Assembly: GCA_963758765.1 (NCBI GenBank) | Contig: CAVWWR010000003.1 | Coordinates: forward strand, 1,046,939 to 1,110,938 | Direction of reading: 5' to 3' | Length of the DNA stretch: 64,000 nt | Origin: an uncultured Acidimicrobiales bacterium | Lineage (GTDB): Bacteria > Actinomycetota > Acidimicrobiia > Acidimicrobiales > UBA8190 | Shown here: positions 10,454 to 20,734 of the stretch, piece after piece | Layout of the letters: each line of letters opens with the position of its first letter | Numbering within the stretch: position 1 is the first letter of the stretch | Position numbers and translations under genes: made by a program | The notes under the pieces: generated by a model | Seen by the model: only the letters and a program-made list of their open reading frames with translations | The model's database searches: none | Told to the model about the DNA's origin: nothing

Positions 10454-10488
10454 AAACGGCGCCCCGGCCTGGGGCCTGGGCGCCGTTT
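10454..10488 (-). terminator. GC-rich hairpin, candidate intrinsic terminator of the 10675..11343 gene
   Basis: AAACGGCGCCC (10454-10464) pairs with GGGCGCCGTTT (10478-10488), with an inner GGCC/GGCC extension. It ends in TTT on both strands and lies about 190 nt downstream of the minus-strand stop. Confidence 0.3.
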
Positions 10489-10674
10489 CCAGTCACCTTC
10501 TCTTGGTGGAGAGGTGGCACTGTCACGCCCGACCGGAGCGGGGCGTTTCTAGGCCCCACGGTACGCTCGCACACCCGCAAATGCAATGGGCACAGCGACC
10601 GGTTGACGCCTTGTTGAGTTTCGACGAGCCACATGTTCGAGGGAGACGAACACAGCGTTCGCCTCCTCCTCCCG

Positions 10675-11343
10675 TTATGGCTTTGGCTCTCCTTCGAGGA
10701 CAGTGCGGTCCGCGGGCGGAATCCGCGCCACCAGCGGCTCGACGCTCGCTTTCAATCGGGACATCTCGGAGGCGAGCCGCCCACGAACGTCCGTGCTTGG
10801 GACAGCCGCAGGCGATGCAGAGACCCAAAGAAGCATGGACGCGGAGAGCCGTTCGACCTGCTCGAGAAACTGACGTGCCTCGGGATCGTCAAACAGGCTC
10901 GGCGATGCCGCCAGCAGCATGACGGCCAAGGTCCGCAATTCCTCAGAAGCACCATTCGCACCCAACTGGTCGACGCCGCTCGCCGAGATCGCGTCGTAGG
11001 CTCGACGAGCTTGGCCAAACACGATCAAACCCTGGACGGCCACCGTGACGGCACGGTCTCGACGCTGACGATTCGCAACCACCTCGTCGACGATCAGCGC
11101 CGTCACGGCGAGCACCAACAGGCTTGAAACGACTGAACCCGTGAGTGAGTGTCGATCCCACCAGGTCCGGAAACCAACAATCCACAAATCGCAGGCAACC
11201 AGCGCGACGAGGCCCAGTGCTACCGCTTCGGCCGCCACTCGGCGGAAGCGCGTTGTCACTGGTGAACAGCTCCGTGCCCACGCCAACGATGGGTTGTCGC
11301 CCCCCGTCTTCGGTGTGGGTGTTCCAAGAGATGAATGTGCCAA
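10675..11343 (-). CDS. hypothetical membrane protein
   Basis: 222 aa. Two clear TM segments (AVALGLVALVACDLWIVGF, VVSSLLVLAVTALIV) followed by a helical soluble domain. No family recognised. Confidence 0.5.
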   Translation of the reverse strand: MAHSSLGTPTPKTGGDNPSLAWARSCSPVTTRFRRVAAEAVALGLVALVACDLWIVGFRTWWDRHSLTGSVVSSLLVLAVTALIVDEVVANRQRRDRAVTVAVQGLIVFGQARRAYDAISASGVDQLGANGASEELRTLAVMLLAASPSLFDDPEARQFLEQVERLSASMLLWVSASPAAVPSTDVRGRLASEMSRLKASVEPLVARIPPADRTVLEGEPKP

Positions 11344-11488
11344 CCCTAACGGGAGAGCGGCGCTCGATCCCGGGGCGACCCGTCACGCCACCGGGACCGG
11401 GTGCAGCACGAGGAAAGGCAGAGCCCGCCATCGACAATGCGCTTTACCCGGAGCAGATCTCCGCCGGATCCGTCGACTGGCGAGACCG

Positions 11489-12953
11489 TCAAGTCGAGGA
11501 ATCTACGACGGGGAGATGGTTCGTGAACGTGACTTGGCGCAGGTACAGAAGGCGACTGTGGGGGTAGCCAACTGCCCCTGACGACCAGGCATGGAAGGCG
11601 ATCCAAAGGTCACCTTGGGTGTCGGTGAACAGCGAGGGGCCGCCAGGACCGGACATCGTCCCCTGCGAGCTGATGATGGAATGGTCAAAGGGCTTGGAGC
11701 ACGGGCCGCCCGGACCCTGGCACAACGCCACGCCGATGGCGTAAGTGGCCTTGTCCCAGTTGTTGGCCGAGTAAAAGAGGTAGTACTGGTCCGATGACAC
11801 CAGCATGAAGGGACCCTCGACGACGCCCGCCTCCCACCCTTGACTGGGCTGCAGCAACGCCGTGGGGGCGGGCCCGACGAGAGCAAGGCCGTTGGCACTC
11901 AGCTCCTGGGACCAGATGGTCGACGGCTGCCCGTTCGCTCCCTCGGATTTCCACGCCAGGTACGGGGTCCCATGGGCATCGACGAAGGGGCTCGGGTCGA
12001 TCGAGCCTCCGAGGTCCAGTTGGCACACGAGAGGCGACGTAGAGCTGTCGACGAACGGCCCTTGGGGTTCGACGGCCACGGCGACTGAGATGCACTGCTT
12101 CCCGGTGTGCCCGTCCAAGGCGGCGTAGTAGAGGACGAAGCTACCGTTGAGCTCGAAGACTCCTGGAGCCCAGGTGCCACCGGGTTTTGCCCACGAAGCG
12201 AGGTGGGGCAGTGCGTCGCCGAGCACTGTCCATTGCTTCAAGTCAGTGGACTGGATCATCTGGATGTTCCCGGCCGCAGAAATTTGTGGCGTAGGCGTAG
12301 TAGGTACCTCCCACCCGAAGGACATCGGGGTCGGGAAAATCAAAAGGGGAGACCGGACCCCCTTGGCCCTGACTCTGAACCGACTGGCAACTGCCCGCTA
12401 CTGCTGACATTGAGGTCACTGCGCCGTTCTGATCGCCAACGGAGATCTGATTGAGCGCCTGTCCCACTCCGGCCAAGCAGGTGTTGAGCGACGCGATGTC
12501 AGCTCCATCCGAAGAGAGCCCCGTGTTGGCGTTGGCCAGTTTGGCTTGGGTACTCGCCAGGTTCGTCTCGGAGCCGGACAGCTCCCACGCCGTGATCTTG
12601 AGCGCCACTTGAAGGGTGTCGCGTTCGCCCTTGGTTGCGCTCAAGGTGGTCTGAACCGATGTCAGGCGTCTTAGCGTGACGGCGAGGCGCGACCTCATGA
12701 CCCCGAGCGCCAATCGATCTTGACGCAGTTCTGATCGGACCTGGAGATCCGAGCGGACCGCTGCGGTGAGCATTGCCAAAGCGCAGAGCGCCGCCACGAG
12801 GGCGAGGAGACGCCGCCGGCGGCGGCGGACAGACTTTCGGCGCGGCGCAAGTGCTAAAGCGAGCGACTTCGGACCAACGGGAGTGCCCGTCTCGTCATCA
12901 GCGTTCGGAGGCAGACCGGTCCCATTCAGCAACGAGACGCCGTTGAGCGACAC
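11489..12953 (-). pseudogene. membrane-anchored coiled-coil + glycoside hydrolase family 43-like beta-propeller protein, interrupted by a 1-nt frameshift
   Basis: ORF 12243..12953 ends with the GH43 N-terminal motif FDFPDPDVLRVGGTYYAYATN. ORF 11489..12343 continues in another frame (ISAAGNIQMIQSTDLKQWTVLGDAL...GTWAPGVFELNGSFVLYYAA). The junction lies in ACAAATTTCT near 12285. Confidence 0.7.
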
Positions 12954-13141
12954 TGCTCATGATGATGACTGTCCACTCTCACGAGATGGACAACTACCCC
13001 TCAACGGTTGCTCAACGGGGACGCTTTGGTCGCTTTGGTTCGTTGGTTCGCGGTCCAGCCCGGGGTTCCGGGGTGGGAGCGATGGGCGTTGTTCGGTTCA
13101 TGCGGGGTTTGCTCGACCGAAGCCTTTGCTCGGGTTTGCCA

Positions 13142-13983
13142 CTAGCCGGGAAGGGCCGCGTGGAACTCTGCGGCTAGCGCCGCCGCGGTGTCTCGTAGAC
13201 GGTTCTCGTCCGGACCACCAAGAAGCAGTGATCGAGACGCGCTGGGCATGACTCGGTTCGGGCAGGTGGCAAACACTCGGGCCACCTCTAAGGCGGTGGC
13301 GCCCTGTGCACCCACACCAGGTGCAAGGAAGAGGCCTTGTGCGGAAAGGAGGTCAAGGCCCGGGTCAATGTGGGTGGGGCCGATTACGGCACCGATCGGC
13401 CCGATCTCTTCGGGCGCCAGACGGGCATTCAAATCCCCGATGTGGACGAGCAAACTCTCTTCGACGCTGTGACCCGACCGACCGAGCGCGGACTGGATCG
13501 CTCGACCTTCGGGGTTTGAAGAGCGCGTAACGACCAGAAGGCAACTCCCCGCTTCGTCGCGCGAGCAATGAAGGAGCCCATGGCTGCCAGGCCGAGGTAG
13601 GGATGGACCGTGAGGGCATCGGCTCCGAGCGGGGCATCGGCTCCGAGAAACGCTTCGGCGTAGGCGTCGTTGGTTGTCCGGACGTCTCCCCGTTTTGCGT
13701 CCACGATGACCAAGAGCCCCACGCTGCGCGCTCCGGCGACCAACCGCTGCAGGGTGCGAAACCCACGCCACCCGTGACGCTCGTAGAAGGCCGACTGGAG
13801 TTTGACAAGACCGACCGTCCCCGCTGCTGCGCCGAGAGATATGTCGGCGAAGCGATCCAACCCCTCTGGCGTGTCCCCGACTCCCCAAGAATCCAGGATC
13901 GCACCAGAGGGGTCCAGTCCCCAGGCCAGCGGTCCGTACTTGGATCGCACGGCCGCGAAGCGGGCGGCGAACGAATCAGTCAC
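13142..13983 (-). CDS. pyrF: orotidine-5'-phosphate decarboxylase (type 2), apparent frameshift near 13547
   Basis: N-terminal part (ORF 13429..13983) has GLDPS...VIVDAKRGDV. C-terminal part (ORF 13142..13888) continues SCLLVVTRSSNPEG...FLAPGVGAQG. The frames join at a G4 run (CGGGGA); one extra G restores the reading frame. Confidence 0.8.
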
Positions 13984-14256
13984 CGCGCCATTCTGGCCGA
14001 TCGACTGCGGCAGATCACCTCAGGGGAGCCGGTCCCGGCATTGACGCAACGCCTGGGCGAACGCCCCAGCTGAGTAGGACAGCAGGGCCGAGCGAATCAC
14101 GTCTCCCGTGGGAAGTCTGATCCTCGACTGGCTTCGGTCGACCGGGCAGTAATTTACCGGGTCAGCTCGGTGGGTCGAGGGGCCCCCACCCGGAAAGAGG
14201 TGGTCAGTACCGGTGGGATGTAAACGAGCCGTCGATCGCCGTCACCCCTCGGGGTC

Positions 14257-16151
14257 ATGGAGATGAGGCGAAGTGGAGTTACGCGACCGATCGCGTTGGG
14301 GATCGTTGTGCTCATGGCCGCCACTCTCGCCAGCCTGGTGCTGACGAACCTGGGGACCTCTGGCCCCCCTCGCCAAACGGGGGGTCCACGTCCACGCGTT
14401 GTTGGGTCACGTGTGTTCGAGGGATGGCAACACCCGGCATCATCGGTGCTCCTAGGCGCTGCGAATCCGGCCACCATTCTCGACGTCTTGTTCGCGCTCG
14501 TGCTTCAAGATGCGAACCTCCAGGGACTCATTCAGTCGGTGAGCGATCCGAACGCGTCCAGCTACCGGCACTACGAAACCGTGCCGTGGTTGGCGAGCCA
14601 CACGGGAGCAACCTCTCCGACAGTTAGCGTCGTGCTCGAATATTTGAGATCGCAAGGCATCGTCGGCCACCTTGATCCGACGGCGTCCTACGTAGAGGCA
14701 GCCATTAGCATCCGGCAAGCTGCCAGGATTTTCGACACATCCTTCCGCGTCTACCGGGTGCTTGGAAATGGCAGCACTACGGTTGTCGCCCCCGAAACCG
14801 AACCGCAGCTACCCCGGACGCTGGTCGGGAGCGTTTCGCTCATTCTCGGCACAACAACTGTGCTCTCGGCCGCCCCTGTCCGACCTCCCCCACGCACCGC
14901 AACACCAGTGACACGGTCGTTGCTCGGCTCAACGTTTGGAACGATGGGAACTCCCGGCGGGTGTTCGGCGGGAAGCCATGTTGCTGGAGAGTCGACCAAA
15001 CTCTTCACTCCTAAGCAATTTCTTACCGCCTACGGTGTCGAAACCCTTCACGAAGAGGATATCTCGGGTCAGGGCCAGACGGTGGCGATCTTGTCTGGTG
15101 TCCCCGGGAGACAGAGCGACCTCGCTACGTTCACGCACTGCTATGGGCTCCCGACGCCACAGATCGAGAACATTCCGGTTGGCCTCGGTACTCGCGCATC
15201 GCTGAACTTTCCCGCGGCGCATGATGAGGTATCTCTCGATACGGAGATGGTGGCTGCCATGGCCCCCCGGCTGCGCGCCATCGATGTCATCAACACAGCG
15301 GACGAAGGTACCGCTGTTGGCCTTGTCGAACTTCTCGATGCACCTCTGAATCGGGCGCTCCTGCACGGTCAGACGCCTAACGTGGTCTCCATCAGCTTCG
15401 GGTTCTGTGAAATTGGTGGAAGCGCTTCTTATTCGCAGGATCCACTTGCATACACGCTCGACGAACATCTCCTCATGGACGCCGCCGCCAACGGCATCAC
15501 TGTCGTGAACAGCTCGGGCGACACCGGATCATCTTGCAACCTCGCGGCACCAAGAGATCACTCTGGTGCCCGCTTGTCGGTCCAATACCCGTCGTCGTCT
15601 CCGTTCGTGACCGATGCCGGAGGGTCCCTCCTCGGGCTAGATGTCAATGACTCGATCAAGAATGAAGAAGCTTGGAACGACCTTCCATTGGGTCTTGGTG
15701 TGGCAAGCGGGGGGGACAGAGCGCGGTGTTCGCCCGTCCGTGGTATCAACAGGCCCTTGGAATTGCGGGGCATGGTCGTCTTGTGCCCGACGTGGCGCTC
15801 GAAGCTGACGTGCTCTATCCGATCGCGACGTACTGCTCGAGGGGCTGCACGTCGTCGGGTTGGCAACCAGGTGGCGGGACGAGCGCGGCAGCTCCGCTTC
15901 TCGCCGGAGGGGTCGCCTTGGCAGATGAGCAAGAGGCATCTCAGCACGACGCCTCGCTCGGTCTCATCAACCCGCTGCTCTATCAGCTCGGTGAGGAGCA
16001 TTCGGGCGCCCTCGTTGTCATCACCAAGGGCAACAACGATGTATACGGCCTCGGTTGTTGCAAAGCCGGGCCCAGTTACAGCGAGGTCACTGGCTGGGGA
16101 TCGGTGAACTTCCCGCTGTTCGTTGAGGCCGCAACCTCAGTGGCACACTAG
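14257..16151 (+). CDS. S53 (sedolisin/kumamolisin-type) serine peptidase with pro-domain, apparent frameshift at 15709-15715
   Basis: TM/signal segment. Pro-kumamolisin-like activation domain (SYRHYETVPWLASH...). Catalytic domain with EVSLDTEM and SSGDTGS. After a G7 run the other frame continues GGQSAVFARPWYQ...GGTSAAAPLLAG (catalytic Ser motif). Confidence 0.8.
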
Positions 16152-16404
16152 GCCGACTCCCTGTATTGCATGGCATCGAGATTCTCCTCGAAGAGTCGAC
16201 GCAGGGCTATGCGTGCCGCTTCGAGGTGAATCAGCAACTGGGCTGCGTCGCCGTCCGTCCCGACGTCACGTCGTTTGGTCAGCCCGGTCATTCTGCCCAT
16301 GTCCCGATGCTACGCGCTCGACGTCGATTTTCCAATGAGTGATGCTACCTAGTCCGCGCCGTCTAGGCGTTTCAGCTGGACTTGCAGCCGTCCCGGAATT
16401 TGCA

Positions 16405-18024
16405 TCAGAGGTCATAGGTCTGCCCGGCGGTCCGGTGGATCGTCAGGGTGGCCACCATGGCGCCCACAAGGAGGAGCGCCCCGGAGATCTCCAATGCCAG
16501 GTGCAGGCCTGAGCCGAAGGCCTCGTAGGCTGCGTTGACGACCTTGGTGGCGATCTTGGCGATCACCGCGTTCTTAGAGTGTTCAGCCTGGTTGGCGGCG
16601 CCACCGCTGCCGATTCCACCTCCGGTGACGGCGTGGAGGACGAGGCTCTGGAAACTCGGTGGGATGCCAATGGCTTTGAGGCGTGCCGCCAGCTGGCCGG
16701 TCAGTTTGGCGTTCACGAGAGCCCCGAGAATCGCCACTCCGAACACTGCACCCATTTCCCGACTGGTGTTGGTAGCCGACGCGGCCATGCCCGAGCGCTC
16801 GGGGCGCACCACCGTCAAGGGCGTAGAGGTCACGGGGACCAGCGCCATTCCGAACCCGATTCCGGCGATGGGCAGCACCCACCCGAGGGTGGCGAAGTCC
16901 ACGTGCGGCCCGAGGACGGTGTTCGTCAGCAAGATCCCCACACCGGCCAGGACACAGCCGACGGTCATCGGGATCCGTGGGCCGATGCGCGCCACCCAGG
17001 GCCCGGTTAGAGCCGAGGTGATGATGAGAGCTACGGCCATGGGGATGAAGTCGAGCGCAGTCTCATAGGCCGAGGCGTTGGCCACCTCCTGGAGGTACAG
17101 AGCAGTGAAGAAGAAGATGGAGAAGGTTCCGAAGTAGACAGCGAAGGCGACGAAGTTGGACCCCGCGAAAGGCGGGCGGCGGAAGAGTGAGAGATCGAGC
17201 ATCGGATCGTGCACCGTGCGCTCGACGACGACGAATATCACTGCACTCAGAGCCGACAGGGCGAACAGGGCGATAATCCACCAGGTGTGGTAGCCCGACT
17301 GTTCTCCCTGGATGACGGCGAAGGAGGCAGACGCCAGGGTCACTGCACCGAGCACGATGCCGGAGAAGTCGATTCGCCGATCCCCCCGATCAGAGCTTTC
17401 GGGGACAAAGGCGAGCGCCATGGTGAAGGCGATGACCCCGACGCCCAGGTTGAACCAGAAGATGGCCCGCCAGTTGGAGATGCCTACCAGCACTCCTCCG
17501 ATGACCGGGCCGAGGGCGAGGGCCAAACCCGACACCGCGGCCCACACTCCGAGAGCGTCGGCCCTGGTGCTCTTATCGGGGTAGACGTGCCGAATGATCG
17601 ACAGGGTTCCCGGCTCCGAAGCAGCAGCACCCAGGCCCATGACGACCCGGCCGGCTATCAGCCAGTCCACGTTGGGAGAGAGTGCGCCCATCACCGATCC
17701 GGCGCAGAAGACGGCCACCCCTCCGAGCATGATCTTCTTGCGGCCCAGCAGATCGCCCAGGGTCCCCCAAGCCAGCATGAAGGCCGCAAACGTCAAGGCG
17801 TAACCGTTCACCACCCACTGCAGGGAGGCGACGCCCGCATGCAGCGTGCTCTGCACATTGGCCAGGCCCACGCTCACGATCGTGTTGTCGAGGAACGTGA
17901 GGAACAGGACGGCGCAGAGAGTAGCCAGAGCGAGTGTCTGGGCCGAAGAGCCGAGGCCTCCACGTCTGATCTCCATCCCGGGAACCGCGCCCGTACCGAT
18001 GCCTTCGTCGGTGGTCATGCCCAT
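16405..18024 (-). CDS. MFS transporter, DHA2 (EmrB/QacA, 14-TMS) drug:H+ antiporter type
   Basis: 539 aa with about 14 hydrophobic segments. MFS motif A-like GTLGDLLGRKK and motif C-like region. Confidence 0.9.
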   Translation of the reverse strand: MGMTTDEGIGTGAVPGMEIRRGGLGSSAQTLALATLCAVLFLTFLDNTIVSVGLANVQSTLHAGVASLQWVVNGYALTFAAFMLAWGTLGDLLGRKKIMLGGVAVFCAGSVMGALSPNVDWLIAGRVVMGLGAAASEPGTLSIIRHVYPDKSTRADALGVWAAVSGLALALGPVIGGVLVGISNWRAIFWFNLGVGVIAFTMALAFVPESSDRGDRRIDFSGIVLGAVTLASASFAVIQGEQSGYHTWWIIALFALSALSAVIFVVVERTVHDPMLDLSLFRRPPFAGSNFVAFAVYFGTFSIFFFTALYLQEVANASAYETALDFIPMAVALIITSALTGPWVARIGPRIPMTVGCVLAGVGILLTNTVLGPHVDFATLGWVLPIAGIGFGMALVPVTSTPLTVVRPERSGMAASATNTSREMGAVFGVAILGALVNAKLTGQLAARLKAIGIPPSFQSLVLHAVTGGGIGSGGAANQAEHSKNAVIAKIATKVVNAAYEAFGSGLHLALEISGALLLVGAMVATLTIHRTAGQTYDL

Positions 18025-18154
18025 CCTCGTCCCATCAAGGACCTGGGTTTTGCGGCTCGGGCAACGTTCCAGGGGGCATCAGCAGCAGTCGCGTCATGGA
18101 GCCGAGACCGAGGAAACGCGCCGCCGTTAGGCCGAAGCGGGCAGCAACAGTCCA

Positions 18155-18490
18155 TCAGCTCGGCAGGCACACGGGCAGGCTGAGCAGCCCACGGAAAGGG
18201 CTCGAGTGCAGGCGCTGTGGCGCCCCAGTGACTCGCCAGTCGAGCGAGCGCGAGTTGAGCTCCGAGAACGCGATTCTCGGGACTTGCGTCACCCATGCCA
18301 GGAAAGATTCCCTTGGCCGACGAGAAAGTGGCGGGATCGTGTACTGGCTGCCAACGTAGCCGAAACGGCTCAGAACTCGGCACCGCCGGCTCTCGCAGTA
18401 GTACAGAGGGTGGCAATCTCGAAGAGTCCGGCATACCGGATAGGGATCGTCGCGCAGCTCGTGCGAAAACGGGTCGTAGAGTTCGTTCAT
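18155..18490 (-). pseudogene. N-terminal remnant of a cytochrome P450-like gene
   Basis: From Met 18490: MNELYDPFSHELRDDPYPVCRTLRDCHPLYYCE..., like P450 N-termini. A second frame gives VHDPATFSSAKGI. Only about 110 codons remain before the MFS gene, with no haem-binding region. Confidence 0.35.
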
Positions 18491-18850
18491 CTCTTGCTCC
18501 CGACGGTCGCCCGCGGACCTAGGTGGACGCCCCTTTGCATACGACGGTGCGAGTCTGGCACATGTCGAGATACCGATGGACGTGCGCAGGTGGTCGGGGC
18601 GCGTCGTCGGCGGATCGAGAACGACCCCGTCAGCGCGACGGCGATCTGGTGGATCTCCCTGACGTCCCCACCCACACTCAGAGTCATCACTGCCGTCGAT
18701 GCCGGGCGGCCCGCACTGCCCAAGTGAGCCTAGGAGACGGTTCTCACCGAGAGCCGGGCCGGCCCTCGGGGCTGGGCCGGAGCGGAGCACGAGCTGGGCA
18801 GCTCGTCTTGTCGTTCAGCCACCGGCATTGCGGGTGATGGGAAGAAATGA

Positions 18851-20353
18851 TTGCCTTGTGACATGAGGCTCGTCACTCGCCGATACAGGATGACTCTGAG
18901 TGCAGCGTTCGCGGGCTGTCTCTTGATCGCCCCGACCATCGCACTGGCAACGGCCACCGCCGCGATGGCAACTGGATACCCAGATGTTGCCGCCGAGCCC
19001 GTGGCGTTCGGAGACGCGGGATTCTTCGGATCCATGGCCGGGGTGCAGCTCAACGCCCCCGTAGTGGGAATGACGTCGACCCCTGACGGCAACGGCTACT
19101 GGTTGGTCGCTTCGGACGGCGGGGTGTTCAGCTTCGGTGATGCCGGGTCGTATGGGTCGATGGGCGGACAGAGACTGAACGAGCCGGTAGTCGGCATGGC
19201 CGCGACCGCTGACGGCAAGGGCTATTGGCTCGTCGCCGCCGACGGAGGCGTGTTTGCCTTCGGTGACGCCCGGTTCCTCGGGTCGACGGGAGGCCAGCAC
19301 ATCAACGCGCCGATCGTCGGTATCGCCGCGACGCCTGACGGCAACGGCTACTGGTTGGTCGCTTCGGACGGAGGGGTGTTCTCCTATGGCGACGCCCCGT
19401 TCCTCGGCTCGATGGGGGGACAGAGACTGAGCCAGCCTGTCGTCGGTATGAGTGCGGCCCCCGATGGAGTTGGCTACTGGTTGGTCGCTTCGGACGGAGG
19501 GGTGTTCAGCTTCGGGGACGCCGGCTACTTCGGCTCGATGGGGGCCGTCCACCTCGACGCCCCGGTGGTGGGCATGGCGGCGACTCCTTCTGGACGCGGC
19601 TACTGGCTGAGTGCGGCAGACGGAGGGGTGTTCAGCTTCGGAGACGCCGGCTACTTCGGCTCGATGGGCGCTCAACAACTCAAGAACCCGATCACGGCGA
19701 TGGCGTCCACCCCCGACGGTGCCGGCTACTGGCTCCTGCCCACCACCCCGATTTCGTCGACATCTGTGGGACCCGGCGCCAGCGGGTCCGCAGTGCTTGC
19801 AATTCAACAACGACTCTCGGCCCTGGGCTACTGGTTGGGAACCCCTGACGGCACGTTCGGCGACAGTACTGAACAGGCGGTCTATGCCCTTCAGAAGGCC
19901 GCGGGCATCAGTCGTAGCGGCATCGTCGGTCCCGCCACGGAGGCGGCTCTCGATGTGGGCGTCGTTCCCCACCCCCGCAGCACGTCCGGCTACGTGATCG
20001 AGGTCGACCTCCAAGATGATCTCGTGATGTTCGTGACGAACGGGACGCTCGACTACGTGTTGAACACCTCCACGGGTGGTGGCTACACATACACCGACGA
20101 CGGGGTAACCGCGGTCGCTGTGACTCCGGTCGGCCATTTCCAGATCTACCGACAGGTGGATGGCATGGTGATCGACTCGCTCGGACAGCTGTGGCGGCCA
20201 AAGTTCTTCGATGGCGGTTTCGCCATCCACGGGGACTCGTCGGTACCGCCTACTCCTGTCTCCCACGGCTGCGTCCGGGTGAGCAACGAAGCAATCGACT
20301 GGATCTGGGCCAACAACCTTGCACCGATCGGGACGACGGTCTGGGTGTACTGA
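18851..20353 (+). CDS. L,D-transpeptidase (YkuD) with a peptidoglycan-binding domain and an N-terminal 6x ~40-aa repeat (propeller-like) domain
   Basis: Signal/TM segment. Six units of [41 protein letters not shown]. PG_binding_1-like [16 protein letters not shown]. YkuD catalytic motif [18 protein letters not shown]. Confidence 0.85.
   Translation: [500 protein letters not shown]
19001..19738 (+). repeat. six tandem ~120-bp coding repeats inside the L,D-transpeptidase gene
   Basis: Near-identical DNA blocks (CCTGACGGCAACGGCTACTGGTTGGTCGCTTCGGACGG.GGGGTGTT) recur at about 19081, 19333 and 19460, with diverged copies between them. Period is 120 bp / 40 aa. Confidence 0.85.
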
Positions 20354-20734
20354 AACAGGCGCTCGATCTTGCCGATCCGGCTCGGCGTCGCAGAGCCGGT
20401 CGCAGAGCCGACAGAGTGGGTCCGGTACGCAGCGCCTCGGACTGAGCCGGGCCGAGCGACTGCCGACGAAGACGCATCGCGGACGGTCCCATTTGGCCGG
20501 GCAAAGGAGATTCACGTTTGGCTCTCTTGAGGCCAGAGCGTCGCCCCGCAGAAGCCGTGGTGTAGACTTGGAATGTTCTCTCGTGGGAGTGACGCCTTGT
20601 TTGGGCAGGACGGCCGTTTCGGTTGTCGCCTCGTGCAGGCTCGACGCCTTCTTCTGAGTGACCTTGGAAGGAGAGCCGATGACTGTTGACCTCACTGGCG
20701 GGTGTGTTGGCGCCTTGGGACACCGGGAGTAGCA

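Noticed and set aside
16148-16300. A 50-codon minus-strand ORF (MGRMTGLTKRRDVGTDGDAAQLLIHLEAARIALRRLFEENLDAMQYRESA) in the convergent gap between the S53 peptidase and the MFS gene.
   Set aside because: The sequence looks helical and protein-like. However, there is no recognisable RBS, family motif or neighbouring partner (for example a toxin), and it is too short to judge from sequence alone.
20679-20732. A 17-codon upstream ORF (MTVDLTGGCVGALGHRE) with a strong GGAAGGAGAG Shine-Dalgarno, just before the DUF6629-like gene.
   Set aside because: It could be a leader peptide, but the SD may equally serve a mis-placed start of the downstream gene. There is no attenuator structure or conservation evidence.
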